Assembly: GCA_038820405.1 (NCBI GenBank)
Contig: JAWAXL010000002.1
Coordinates: forward strand, 1 to 63,611
Direction: 5' to 3'
Length of the DNA: 63,611 nucleotides
From: Candidatus Bathyarchaeia archaeon
Lineage (GTDB): Archaea > Thermoproteota > Bathyarchaeia > Bathyarchaeales > DTEX01
Part shown: in pieces, positions 1 to 9,860 of the stretch
Layout of the letters: every line of letters begins with the position of its first letter
How positions within the stretch are numbered: position 1 is the stretch's first letter
Program-made: the position numbers and the translations under genes
Notes under the pieces: model-generated
What the model saw: only the letters and a program-made list of their open reading frames with translations
What the model was told of the DNA's origin: nothing
Databases searched by the model: none

Positions 1-1
1 A

Positions 2-1642
2 CGTAGACCTTTAATAATAGTTGAAAACGGTGTACCTAAACTAAAGAAGGAGCTTGTTGAGAAAATAATCTCTGGGGAGTGGACTTGGAGCGACTTAATC
101 AAGAATGGTATAATTGAATATCTGGATGCTGAAGAAGAGGAGAATGCCTACATAGCGCTTTATCTCAAGGATTTAACTCTAAAGCATACCCACCTTGAAT
201 TAACACCTTACGCTATTCTTGGGATATGTGCCTCGCTAATACCTTATGCGGAACATAATCAATCCCCACGTAACTCCTATGAATCAGCTATGGCGAAACA
301 AGCCCTAGGAGTCTACACATCAAACTTCCCATTAAGGGTTGACTCAAGGGCCCACATACTTCACTACCCGCAGAAACCTCTTGTTAAGACGAAACCAATA
401 GAGATAATAGGCTATGATTTGCGTCCCTCTGGGCAGAATTGTGTTGTAGCTGTCCTCTCATATGAAGGATATAATATGGAGGACGCGATAATCATCAATA
501 AGGCTTCAATAGAGCGAGGTTTATTCCGCTCAACTTTTTACAGGCTTTATGAAGCTGAATGCCGCCAGTATCTTGGAGGATTAAGAGATAAGCTGGTCAT
601 ACCAGAGCCTGGGACTAGGGGTTACCGGGGTGAACAGTATTATCGCTTCCTTGAACCTGATGGAATAGTTAGTCTCGAAGCTGAGGTCTTTGGCGGAGAT
701 ATATTGGTGGGCAGGACAAGTCCTCCAAGATTTCTAGAAGAATATAAGGAGTTTGAGGTTTATGGTCCAACAATGAGGGACTCGTCTATTGAAATGAGAC
801 CATCTGAGAAAGGAGTCGTTGATGCAGTATTTATAACCGAAACTAATGAGGGGAATAAACTGGTGAAAGTTAGGGTCAGAGATGAACGTATACCGGAGAT
901 AGGCGATAAATTTGCCTCGAGGCATGGGCAGAAGGGCGTTATAGGAACGGTTGTTCCCCAGGAGGATATGCCCTTCTCAGTAGATGGAATAGTTCCAGAT
1001 ATAATAATTAACCCTCACACTATTCCCTCAAGGATGACGATAGGTCAATTTTTAGAGTCCATGGCAGGTAAAATAGCTGCCCTTAGAGGAGAATTTGTGG
1101 ATGGAACACCATTTTTAGAGGAGAGGAGGGGTGAGATTTTAAAACGCATGCTAACTAATCTAGGCCTTAGTTATACTGGGCGTGAGGTCTTATATAATGG
1201 TGTAACCGGAGAGAAATATGTTGCGGACATATTTATTGGAATTGTTTATTATCAGAAGCTGCATCACATGGTTGCCGATAAAATACATGCGAGAGCTAGG
1301 GGCCAGATTCAGATGCTAACTAGACAGCCCACCGAAGGGCGGGCTAGGGGTGGTGGTCTCCGCTTTGGAGAGATGGAGAGGGACTGTTTAATCGGGCATG
1401 GAGCCGCATTGCTCCTCCAAGATAGGCTTCTTGAGGAGTCAGATAAATATGTGCTTTATGTCTGTGAGAATTGTGGTTTAATAGCCTACTATGATGCAAG
1501 ACAGCGGAAACATATGTGCCACCTATGTGGTGATAAATCTAAAGTCTCCCAAGTAATAGTCTCCTACGCATTTAAGCTCCTTCTCCAGGAGCTAATGAGC
1601 TTATGTATCGCGCCAAGACTTAAGTTAAAGGAGAGGACGTAA
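2..1642 (+). CDS. rpoB: DNA-directed RNA polymerase subunit B, C-terminal part (5' end outside window)
   Basis: The frame is open from pos 2 (RRPLIIVENGVPKL...AEHNQSPRNSYESAMAKQALGVY) into the listed ORF. Motifs GDKFASRHGQKGV and GLRFGEMERDCLIGHGAA, plus a C-terminal zinc ribbon CENCG...CHLCG. rpoA follows 1 nt later. Confidence 0.95.
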   Translation, partial: RRPLIIVENGVPKLKKELVEKIISGEWTWSDLIKNGIIEYLDAEEEENAYIALYLKDLTLKHTHLELTPYAILGICASLIPYAEHNQSPRNSYESAMAKQALGVYTSNFPLRVDSRAHILHYPQKPLVKTKPIEIIGYDLRPSGQNCVVAVLSYEGYNMEDAIIINKASIERGLFRSTFYRLYEAECRQYLGGLRDKLVIPEPGTRGYRGEQYYRFLEPDGIVSLEAEVFGGDILVGRTSPPRFLEEYKEFEVYGPTMRDSSIEMRPSEKGVVDAVFITETNEGNKLVKVRVRDERIPEIGDKFASRHGQKGVIGTVVPQEDMPFSVDGIVPDIIINPHTIPSRMTIGQFLESMAGKIAALRGEFVDGTPFLEERRGEILKRMLTNLGLSYTGREVLYNGVTGEKYVADIFIGIVYYQKLHHMVADKIHARARGQIQMLTRQPTEGRARGGGLRFGEMERDCLIGHGAALLLQDRLLEESDKYVLYVCENCGLIAYYDARQRKHMCHLCGDKSKVSQVIVSYAFKLLLQELMSLCIAPRLKLKERT

Positions 1643-1643
1643 A

Positions 1644-4600
1644 ATGGCGTTAATTGAAGAAACATATAAAGTAGTAGACCATATTAAGTTCGGTATTCTC
1701 TCACCCCAAGAAATTAGGAGAATGTCTGTTGTAGAGATTCAGACGGCTGATACATATGATGAAGATGGGGCAGCTATCCCCTCCGGTCTCATGGATAACC
1801 GCCTAGGTGTACTAGAACCCGGACAAAGATGTAAAACGTGTGGAAACACATCATTTGATTGCCCAGGACATTTCGGACGTATAGAGCTTGCTGTTCCAGT
1901 AATCCATGTAGAATTTGCCGAGATAATTTATAACCTCCTACAAGTAATCTGCAGGAACTGTGGGCGCCTTCTGCTCCCAGAAAAAACGATGAAACTTTTA
2001 AGGGCTAGGATAGAGAAGCTCAAGAAGATGCTTGGGAATGTACCCTCCTCGTTCTACAATGGGGTTTTTGAAGAGGCTAAAAAGAATCTGGAGTGCTCGT
2101 GGTGCGGCGCAAAGCAGTATAAGATAGAATTCACTAAACCTACAATTTTCCATGAGTACACAGAGGAGGGAGGATCACAGCGTTTAAGCGCGAGTATGAT
2201 AAGGGAGAGGTTTGAGAGAGTTACAGACGAGGACCTCGAGCTACTAGGTTTTGATACCAAATATGCTCGCCCAGAATGGATGATTGTACAGGTACTTCCA
2301 GTCCCGCCAGTATATGTAAGACCATCAATAACCCTTGAGTCAGGGATAAGATCAGAGGATGATCTAACGCATAAACTTGTGGACATAATAAGAATAAACC
2401 AAAGGTTAAAGGAGAACATTGAGGCTGGCGCGCCCACGCTAATAATACAGGATCTATCCGAACTTTTGGAGTACCATGTTACAACATATTTTGATAATGA
2501 GGCCTCAGGTATACCGCCCTCAAGGCATAGATCTGGAAGGGCTCTTAAGACATTATCTCAGCGCTTGAAGGGAAAGGAGGGTAGATTTAGAGGCAATCTC
2601 TCTGGCAAGAGAGTAGACTTCTCAGCGCGTACGGTTATTAGTCCAGACTCAAACTTAAACATAAACGAGGTTGGCGTTCCAATGCTAATTGCTATGAGAT
2701 TAACCGTTCCGGAGAAGGTTACTGTATGGAACATTGAGAGACTTAAACAGGCGGTAAGGAACGGTCCGAATGTTTATCCTGGAGCGCAGTATATTATTAG
2801 GCCTGATGGAAAGCGTATTAGGCTTGAATTTGTTAGTGATAGAGAGAAGATTGCAGAGGCGCTTGAGACAGGCTTTATTGTTGAGAGACATCTTCAGGAC
2901 GGAGACATAGTTATATTTAATAGACAACCATCCCTCCATAGAATGTCCATTATGGCTCATTACGTTAAGGTACTTCCAGGTAAGACCTTTAGGCTCCATC
3001 TATGCGTCTGCCCACCATATAATGCTGACTTTGATGGGGATGAGATGAATCTTCATGTGCCGCAGAGCGAGGAGGCACAGACAGAAGCCCGTCTGCTGAT
3101 GCAAGTCCAAGACCATATACTTTCCCCGAGGTTTGGCGGACCAATAATAGGTGCGATAAGAGACTTTATAACGGCAGCCTTCCTCTTAACGCGCAAATCA
3201 ACACTCCTAAGTAAGAAAGAAGTATGCGAACTCTTGGCAGCCGCTGGCTACGATGGTCCGTTGCCTGAGCCAGCGGTTAAAGAGCCTAAACCTCTTTGGA
3301 CTGGAAAGCAAATATTCAGTCTTTTCCTTCCTAAGGACTTTAATTATGCTCTAAAAACAAGTGTTTGTAGAAATTGTGAGGTTTGTTTAAAGGATGAATG
3401 TCCATATGATGCTTACGTCATCATTAAAAATGGTGTTCTGATTAAGGGTGTTATCGATAAGAATTCTATTGGAGCCGAGAAGTCCGAGAGCATTCTTCAT
3501 AGAATAATAAAGGATTATGGAACTGAAGCTGGCGGAGAATTTCTTAATCGGCTGTGTCGTCTCCTTAATAGGTTCATAACCATGCGGGGCTTCACATATT
3601 CACTTGATGAGCTCGACTTATCATCCGAGGCTAAGAAGAAAATACGCCAAATAATAAGAAGCTCAGAAAAGAAGATAGAGTCGTTGGTCAAGGCGTTATG
3701 TGAGGGAACCCTTGAGAGACTTCCAGGTCAAACCCTTGAGGACTCTTTTGAGTTATATGTTATGAACGAACTTGCTGAGACAAGAGAAAGAGCTGGAAAA
3801 GTTGCAGAGGAAGACCTTAGTATAGAGAACTCTGGCATCATTATGACAAAGACGGGTGCTAGAGGAACGACTCTGAATATAGGTCAAATGACCGCCATGC
3901 TTGGGCAGCAGTCTATTAGGGGAAAGCGCATCATACGTGGATATATGGAGAGAGCTTTACCGCACTTCGAGCTTAAGGATCCATCACCAAAGGCTAGGGG
4001 CTTCGTATACTCCTCCTATAGGGATGGTTTAGACCCAATAGAATTTTTCTTTCACGCAATGGGTGGACGTGAGGGGCTCGTAGATACTGCGGTGAGAACC
4101 CAGCAGAGCGGCTATATGCAGAGGAGGCTAATCAATGCCCTTGAATACCTACGGGTTGAGTACGATGGAACCGTAAGAAATCCACTTGGTGAAATAATTC
4201 AGTTTATATATGGTGAGGATGGTGTAGATCCATCTAAGAGTGATCATGGGAAGGCTGTCAACGTTGGCAGATTGATTGAGCAGGTTAAGCTAATGGTAGA
4301 AGCAGGAACACCGGCTTCGAGAGAATATATTGAGGAACAGGTGAATACTGTCAGAAATGAGATTACACCACTACTCGCACATGAGCTCATAGAAGGTCTC
4401 TCGACCTCTAGCTTAAGTAAGGATGGTGTAGATTTAGCCATTAAGCTGGCTGTAGAACGATATAAGAGGGCGTTAGCTGAGCCTGGTGAAGCCGTTGGTG
4501 TGGTGGCCGCTCAATCTATTGGTGAACCCAGCACGCAGATGACCCTCAGAACATTCCACTATGCTGGCGTTAGAGAGCAAAATGTAACTTTAGGTTTGCC

Positions 4601-5477
4601 ACGCCTAATTGAAATTGTTGATGCTAGGAGGGAACCATCAACGCCAATAATGACCATATATCTCGATGAGGAGCATAAAAAGAGTCGGGAGAAGGCAATG
4701 GAGGTTGCTCAGCATATCCTACATACAACTATTGAAGATATTTTGGATGAGGCTTATATAGATCCAGAATCTGGTAGTATTATAATAAGGCTAAATGAGC
4801 GTAGCATGAATGAGCGCGGCATAACTATGGAATACTTAGCTAAGACAATTAATATTCCAAACTGCTCAGTAAGTTTTGAGGAAAATATGATGATTATTGA
4901 GCCTAAGAAAAAAATAGACATTAAAAAGCTGTTAACTAGGGTCATGTTTTTCCATGTGAAGGGTATACCCGGAATAAAGAGGGTCTATATTACAAAAATG
5001 AATGATGAATGGCTCATAAGAACTGATGGATCTAAGCTGTCTAAGGTTCTTGAGATTTTTGGAGTTGACCCGACAAGGACCGTGACAAATAATATCCATG
5101 AAATAGAGAAGACTTTAGGTATAGAGGCTGCTAGAAATGCAATAATTGAAGAGTCCATAAGCGTTTTGCAGGAGCAAGGATTGGACGTTGATATTAGACA
5201 TATAATGCTCGTAGCTGATGTAATGACCGTGACTGGCGTGGTTAGACAGATAGGTCGTCATGGTGTTAGTGGTGAGAAGCCAAGTGTTTTAGCCAAGGCA
5301 GCCTTTGAGATAACTGTTCCAAATATTATTGAGGCTGCCATTAGAGGTGAGATTGATCCACTTAAAGGTGTGACCGAAAATGTTATTATTGGACAAATAA
5401 TACCAGTCGGCACGGGAATAGTAGACATCTATATGACCGCTCCCTCAGCAACTGAGGTGATCGAAAAAATTGAGTAG
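1644..5477 (+). CDS. rpoA: DNA-directed RNA polymerase largest subunit, unsplit (A' and A'' parts in one ORF)
   Basis: Single 1277-aa ORF. It carries Zn sites CKTCGN..CPGHFG, the catalytic NADFDGDEMNLH and the A''-type segment AEPGEAVGVVAAQSIGEPSTQMTLRTFHYAGV in one frame. No stop occurs near the usual A'/A'' split (about nt 4250-4450). Confidence 0.95.
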   Translation: MALIEETYKVVDHIKFGILSPQEIRRMSVVEIQTADTYDEDGAAIPSGLMDNRLGVLEPGQRCKTCGNTSFDCPGHFGRIELAVPVIHVEFAEIIYNLLQVICRNCGRLLLPEKTMKLLRARIEKLKKMLGNVPSSFYNGVFEEAKKNLECSWCGAKQYKIEFTKPTIFHEYTEEGGSQRLSASMIRERFERVTDEDLELLGFDTKYARPEWMIVQVLPVPPVYVRPSITLESGIRSEDDLTHKLVDIIRINQRLKENIEAGAPTLIIQDLSELLEYHVTTYFDNEASGIPPSRHRSGRALKTLSQRLKGKEGRFRGNLSGKRVDFSARTVISPDSNLNINEVGVPMLIAMRLTVPEKVTVWNIERLKQAVRNGPNVYPGAQYIIRPDGKRIRLEFVSDREKIAEALETGFIVERHLQDGDIVIFNRQPSLHRMSIMAHYVKVLPGKTFRLHLCVCPPYNADFDGDEMNLHVPQSEEAQTEARLLMQVQDHILSPRFGGPIIGAIRDFITAAFLLTRKSTLLSKKEVCELLAAAGYDGPLPEPAVKEPKPLWTGKQIFSLFLPKDFNYALKTSVCRNCEVCLKDECPYDAYVIIKNGVLIKGVIDKNSIGAEKSESILHRIIKDYGTEAGGEFLNRLCRLLNRFITMRGFTYSLDELDLSSEAKKKIRQIIRSSEKKIESLVKALCEGTLERLPGQTLEDSFELYVMNELAETRERAGKVAEEDLSIENSGIIMTKTGARGTTLNIGQMTAMLGQQSIRGKRIIRGYMERALPHFELKDPSPKARGFVYSSYRDGLDPIEFFFHAMGGREGLVDTAVRTQQSGYMQRRLINALEYLRVEYDGTVRNPLGEIIQFIYGEDGVDPSKSDHGKAVNVGRLIEQVKLMVEAGTPASREYIEEQVNTVRNEITPLLAHELIEGLSTSSLSKDGVDLAIKLAVERYKRALAEPGEAVGVVAAQSIGEPSTQMTLRTFHYAGVREQNVTLGLPRLIEIVDARREPSTPIMTIYLDEEHKKSREKAMEVAQHILHTTIEDILDEAYIDPESGSIIIRLNERSMNERGITMEYLAKTINIPNCSVSFEENMMIIEPKKKIDIKKLLTRVMFFHVKGIPGIKRVYITKMNDEWLIRTDGSKLSKVLEIFGVDPTRTVTNNIHEIEKTLGIEAARNAIIEESISVLQEQGLDVDIRHIMLVADVMTVTGVVRQIGRHGVSGEKPSVLAKAAFEITVPNIIEAAIRGEIDPLKGVTENVIIGQIIPVGTGIVDIYMTAPSATEVIEKIE

Positions 5478-5793
5478 ATTTAGTAAGGGTGAGATTGATA
5501 AAGCCTTAAGTATAGCTGTTAGAAGTGGAAAGGTTTTATTTGGCTCTAATACCGCTATAAAAAGCGCCTTGTCCGGCAGGGCAAAAATGATTATTTTATC
5601 CTCCAACTGCCCAAAAAATATACGTGAGAAAATAGAATACTACTGCAAGTTATCTAATATTCCACTACTCATATATCCTGGTTTCAGCCTAGATTTAGGC
5701 TCTGCCTGTGGAAAACCTTTTGCCGTCTCCGTTCTCACTATAAGAGATCCAGGAGACTCTAATATACTTGAGTTTGGTGGTGGAAATGTCTAA
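5470..5793 (+). CDS. rpl30e: 50S ribosomal protein L30e
   Basis: KALSIAVRSGKVLFGSNTAIKSALSGRAKMIILSSNCP...GKPFAVSVLTI is typical L30e. TTG is the only available start and overlaps the rpoA stop. Canonical position after rpoA. Confidence 0.85.
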   Translation: MSRFSKGEIDKALSIAVRSGKVLFGSNTAIKSALSGRAKMIILSSNCPKNIREKIEYYCKLSNIPLLIYPGFSLDLGSACGKPFAVSVLTIRDPGDSNILEFGGGNV

Positions 5794-6223
5794 GGGCATT
5801 CGCTTAACTAATGAGGAGCTAGAGTATATACGTCTCTTTGAAAGCATAACCGGGACGATGGCTAGGGACTGCATAATAGACAGTAAATTCGAAAGGATTA
5901 TCTTTGTGATTAAGGAGGGTGAGATTGGAATGGCGGTGGGTAAGGGCGGAAAGAATATAGCTCTACTTGAAAAGATTACTGGAAAAAAGTATGAGATCGT
6001 AGAATTCTCCGATGATCCAGTGCGGTTTCTAAAGAACGTCCTGAAACCAGCTAATGTTAAGGAGGTCCGGGTGACTAAAAAGCCCAATGGAAATATGATA
6101 GCGGTTATCTCAGTAGATAATAAGGATAAGGGAATCGCTATAGGAAAAAATGGACGAAACGCTGAGAAAGCAAGGATCCTCGCAAAACGTTACTTCAATA
6201 TAGATAGCGTCTTGATAATTTGA
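5786..6223 (+). CDS. nusA: Archaeal NusA-like transcription termination/antitermination protein (two KH domains)
   Basis: KH-like segments GMAVGKGGKNIALLEKITGKK and IAIGKNGRNAEKARILAKRYF. I prefer the ATG at 5786, which overlaps the rpl30e stop, over the TTG at 5768 in the track. Conserved rpl30e-nusA-rps12 order. Confidence 0.85.
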   Translation: MSKGIRLTNEELEYIRLFESITGTMARDCIIDSKFERIIFVIKEGEIGMAVGKGGKNIALLEKITGKKYEIVEFSDDPVRFLKNVLKPANVKEVRVTKKPNGNMIAVISVDNKDKGIAIGKNGRNAEKARILAKRYFNIDSVLII

Positions 6224-6283
6224 GGCGAAAAATTTATAATTATGGAGGTTTCGGCAAATTTTAGAGGTGTGAGGTAAGAGAGC

Positions 6284-6721
6284 ATGGCCAAGAAGGCTAG
6301 AGGAGAGTTCGCCGCAAGGAAACTTAGGTTGAGAAGAAAAAAGTTTCGCTGGAAGAATAGATACTATAAAAGACGTATGCTTATGCTAGACATAAAGGCG
6401 GATCCCCTTGAAGGCGCCCCAATGGCTCGTGGGATAGTTTTAGAGAAGGTTGGCAGGGAGAGCAAGCAGCCAAATAGCGCTATACGAAAATGTGTTAGAG
6501 TCCAGTTAATAAAAAATGGGAAAGTTGTAACAGCCTTCCTACCGGGCGATGGTGCATTAAATGTCGTTGATGAGCATGATGAGGTTATTATTGCGGGGAT
6601 AGGTGGTTCAAGAGGACGCTCAATGGGAGATATACCAGGGGTTAGATGGAAGGTAGTTACAGTCAATGGAATAGCACTGCAGGATCTCATCACTGGTAAG
6701 AAAGAGAAGCCTAGACGTTAA
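6284..6721 (+). CDS. rps12: 30S ribosomal protein S12 (uS12)
   Basis: [42 protein letters not shown]...[19 protein letters not shown], a full-length uS12 signature. Confidence 0.95.
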   Translation: MAKKARGEFAARKLRLRRKKFRWKNRYYKRRMLMLDIKADPLEGAPMARGIVLEKVGRESKQPNSAIRKCVRVQLIKNGKVVTAFLPGDGALNVVDEHDEVIIAGIGGSRGRSMGDIPGVRWKVVTVNGIALQDLITGKKEKPRR

Positions 6722-6726
6722 ATCAG

Positions 6727-7194
6727 TCAAGAACTAATTTGTGTAGCCTCCAAAAGAGCCTTTATAATTTCTTCCTTCTCACAATTATCTTCGTATTCTA
6801 TTGGAAAATGTCTCTTCAGAGATGGTATTAAAAAATGCAATATTCTGTATTCATTGTCATCCCAGATCTCCATCAATCCCTTTCTCACCATTAAAAGCGA
6901 TCTCTCCTTTATGACGCCATACAATCCATCAAAGTTTTCGATTGCTTTGGACAAATATATTTCATCTCTAACCCTTAATGTGTATATGTCGAATCCTTTC
7001 TTAGAGATCATTTTCTTCACGAATCTGAAAATGCGGTCTACATCTGTTTTTATATCCGTTATTAGTCCATAATTACTCTCGCTCTTCAAGAAACTCTTTA
7101 AAAGAGTTTCAATAAGCTTATTTGTGCCAATACTTTCCTCAAACTCACCTTTAACTCTCTTTCTTAATGATTTTCTCTCTTGTGATTGCATCAA
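6727..7194 (-). CDS. Hypothetical protein (155 aa, no recognisable family)
   Basis: Clean ORF convergent on rps12, predicted mostly helical and charged. I recognise no motif. It sits where rps7 is normally found. Confidence 0.45.
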   Translation of the reverse strand: MMQSQERKSLRKRVKGEFEESIGTNKLIETLLKSFLKSESNYGLITDIKTDVDRIFRFVKKMISKKGFDIYTLRVRDEIYLSKAIENFDGLYGVIKERSLLMVRKGLMEIWDDNEYRILHFLIPSLKRHFPIEYEDNCEKEEIIKALLEATQISS

Positions 7195-7477
7195 AATCGC
7201 TCTACTGGGATGACTTCCCCTAACCCTATTCTCTCCTTCATCGGTAAAAATTTAACAATGTAATGTTCGTTGAAGTCATATGATATATTAAAGTGCTCTG
7301 CAATTAAAATGGATCTAATAAGCGGGCCTCTCCGACATATCTCCAATTATTCTTTTGCTTTGTGGGACATTATGTACCGCCTGCATCAATGGGCGCTATC
7401 AGAAACCAGTACAATTATGATTAAGTTTAAAGCGCTTATCAACAAATATAATTTAAATAATGATTATTTAGTTTTAT

Positions 7478-7543
7478 TTGGGATGATGTGGGAAGAGTCA
7501 AGGGACTAGTAAGCCGATGACCGTGAGTTACTCATCTGACCAA
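7478..7543 (+). ncRNA. Weak candidate C/D box sRNA
   Basis: Terminal stem UUGG(7478-81)/CCAA(7540-43), C box AUGAUGU (7483-89) and D box CUGA (7536-39), compatible with a K-turn. Internal CCGAUGA (7514-20) could be C' and GGGA (7502-05) a degenerate D'. The C'-D spacer is 15 nt, not the canonical 12. Confidence 0.3.
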
Positions 7544-7590
7544 TCTTCCTCTCAAGAAGATTTAAATTATAACAATGATTAATGATTTTC

Positions 7591-8502
7591 CTATGGACTA
7601 ATTATGCGGTCAACGATGATTTCTGGTTTAAAGATTTCTATGTCATTATATTTTTGCCCAGTTCCCAAAAATAATATTGGTTTCTTAGTCACATATGCTA
7701 TTGATATTGCTGCCCCACCTTTTGCATCAGCATCCATCTTAGTGAGTATTGAACCAGTTATGTTAACATATTTACTAAACTCCTCGGCCTGCATGACAGC
7801 ATCGTTTCCCGTAAGGGCGTCGCCAACAAATATCACCATATCTGGCTTGATAACGCGCACTATTTTCTCTATTTCAGCCATGAGATTCTTATTAGTTTGC
7901 ATCCTTCCAGCAGTATCCACAAGGACGACATTTATCCCCTTAACCCTTGCATATTGGACAGCATCATAAGCTACTGATGCAGGATCCGAACCATATTTAT
8001 GCTTTATCATCGGAACACCCAATCTTTTTGCATGCTGTTCAAGCTGTTCTATTGAACCAGCCCTAAAAGTATCACTACAGGCTAATAGAACCGTATAGCC
8101 TCTTTTAAGCAGCAGATTTGCTATTTTAGCTATTGTAGTTGTTTTTCCAGTCCCATTTATTCCAACAAAAACGATTATACATGGCTCCCTTAGGATACGC
8201 TTTCTCTCAACAATATCAAATATATCCATTTCATATCGCGTCTTAAGTACTTCTAAGAGCGTCTCCCTCAAATTCTCTTTAACTATTCTATGCTTATCCT
8301 CAAACCTACTAACCTTTAGCCCAGAAAGTCTTTTTTCTATTTCACTACATATGTGCTCTGCGACGATGAGAGCAACGTCGTTCTCTATTAATGCAAGTTT
8401 TAGATTCCAGATAATATCCCGAAGATACTCTGGCTTAATTTCAACCATAGAAACTTTTTCTATAAGTCCGCTTAGCACCTCACGTAATTTCTCAAACATC
8501 AC
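7591..8502 (-). CDS. ftsY: Signal recognition particle receptor FtsY
   Basis: SRP-GTPase motifs GINGTGKTTTIAKIA, DTAGR and TKMD, with an N-terminal helical domain. Conserved pfdA-ftsY adjacency. Confidence 0.92.
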   Translation of the reverse strand: MMFEKLREVLSGLIEKVSMVEIKPEYLRDIIWNLKLALIENDVALIVAEHICSEIEKRLSGLKVSRFEDKHRIVKENLRETLLEVLKTRYEMDIFDIVERKRILREPCIIVFVGINGTGKTTTIAKIANLLLKRGYTVLLACSDTFRAGSIEQLEQHAKRLGVPMIKHKYGSDPASVAYDAVQYARVKGINVVLVDTAGRMQTNKNLMAEIEKIVRVIKPDMVIFVGDALTGNDAVMQAEEFSKYVNITGSILTKMDADAKGGAAISIAYVTKKPILFLGTGQKYNDIEIFKPEIIVDRIISP

Positions 8503-8945
8503 TTCTTCATCTCTGCCCCTCTAATTGCAGAAGTTAACTCTCGTAGCCTATTTTGTCCTTCCTGCATCTTTGCTAAAACTTGGCTTAATTGTTGCTCTAA
8601 TGCTACTCTAGCTTTATTTAGTTCAGATATTCTGTTTTCTATATCTTCTTTTGCCTCCTTAATTGATTTCTCAATGGCGGCTCCCGCCCCTATTCCATAT
8701 ACAACCTTGTCCGTGTCCTCAAGCCTCGCTTTGATATATGATCCACCGCCTATTGGAACAAAAATGTGATCAGAACTCTTTTTCTCGATTCCTTCAAGTG
8801 CCATGCTGGCTAAGTTAAGCTCAACTAATGCAGTATTAATAAGATTTAACCTAGCCTGTATCTGCCCAGCTGCGCCTTCAAGAATCCTAAGCTCGATTAT
8901 TAACCGTCTAACTTCTTCCTCAGTATCTCTGGCTCCTGCTGACAT
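8499..8945 (-). CDS. pfdA: Prefoldin alpha subunit
   Basis: 148 aa with coiled coil / central beta region (IFVPIGGGSYIKARL) / coiled coil. Conserved position between rplX and ftsY. Confidence 0.85.
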   Translation of the reverse strand: MSAGARDTEEEVRRLIIELRILEGAAGQIQARLNLINTALVELNLASMALEGIEKKSSDHIFVPIGGGSYIKARLEDTDKVVYGIGAGAAIEKSIKEAKEDIENRISELNKARVALEQQLSQVLAKMQEGQNRLRELTSAIRGAEMKK

Positions 8946-8984
8946 AAAAGGGGCACGCTCTAAAAAATTATTGAGACCTAAGGC

Positions 8985-9179
8985 TTATATTATTTCCTCA
9001 ATCCTCGTGATTTTTATGTGAAAACGCTTAACCTTATGCTTGCTCCCAATCAGCTTATAGATTTCCTCTAAAGCATGCTCTGGCTTCAATGCCCTAATCT
9101 TCTTTTTAAACTCTGTTTTTAGATTTGGCTTTATTATCTTTCCGGTCACCATATAAATCTTAACTTCACTCATTTTCAC
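8985..9179 (-). CDS. rplX: 50S ribosomal protein LX (L18Ae/eL20 family)
   Basis: KIYMVTGKIIKPN...FKKKIRALKPEHALEEIYKLIGSKHKVKRFHIKI is typical LX. Conserved eif6-rplX-pfdA order. Confidence 0.8.
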   Translation of the reverse strand: MKMSEVKIYMVTGKIIKPNLKTEFKKKIRALKPEHALEEIYKLIGSKHKVKRFHIKITRIEEII

Positions 9180-9852
9180 TAACCACCTTAAGTGCTTGAC
9201 CTATTATGACTAGTTCTGGACCAGTTGTTAATGAGCCTGCAACCGCAACCCGACTATTTCCTACCAGACCCATTCCTATATAAGGTATTCCACAATTAAC
9301 TGTGCCAACACTAACTTGAACTTTTAGTACCTCACTTAAAAGTTTTTCTTCATTTGGCTTAAGTAATGGGTGTGCTAAAACACCCTTATTTGTTGAGATC
9401 GCTAATGATCCAACGTATGGTAGTTCAGCTATTTCTCCCTGCACGACTTCAACACCTAATGTGTCAGATATAATTTTAATTTCACTCCTCTTGAGTCGAG
9501 GATCAGCGATTGCTCCATAGTCATTTGCTAAGATAAGGTTTCCGAAGGCGGTTTTCCTACTTTCCTCTATAACGGTTATGTTGATATCTCTCCTAAAAGC
9601 TTTTAGCGCCGCAAATTCCTCATCCTCCACAAAGCGTGGTAAAATAATACCATGAGAATTAGCGCATATAAGTGAGCCCACGAGCACAGACCCACCTATA
9701 TTAACTCTTGCAACGGGTAACTTAAACCAATTTTCAATTTTCTTTATTACATTCTCCGGAAATTGCCTCGGTACAATTACAACTTTCTCTGTTACTCGCA
9801 TGAAAACTCCTATGCTTGTACTGCCGAATGCATCTAAGAGGAAGATCGGCAT
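9166..9852 (-). CDS. eif6: Translation initiation factor 6 (aIF6)
   Basis: 228 aa with the pentein-repeat pattern (FGSTSIGVFMRVTEKVVIVP, IGGSVLVGSLICANSHGIILP, GIPYIGMGLVGNS). Conserved neighbourhood. Confidence 0.9.
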   Translation of the reverse strand: MPIFLLDAFGSTSIGVFMRVTEKVVIVPRQFPENVIKKIENWFKLPVARVNIGGSVLVGSLICANSHGIILPRFVEDEEFAALKAFRRDINITVIEESRKTAFGNLILANDYGAIADPRLKRSEIKIISDTLGVEVVQGEIAELPYVGSLAISTNKGVLAHPLLKPNEEKLLSEVLKVQVSVGTVNCGIPYIGMGLVGNSRVAVAGSLTTGPELVIIGQALKVVSENE

Positions 9853-9860
9853 ATTATTCT

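Noticed and set aside
7270-7509. 79-aa plus-strand ORF in the rps12/ftsY spacer
   Set aside because: AT-rich, compositionally odd peptide (many N/I/L/Y). It has no upstream ribosome-binding or TATA context that I can see and no family resemblance. It overlaps the weak C/D-like element, so I treat the region as non-coding.
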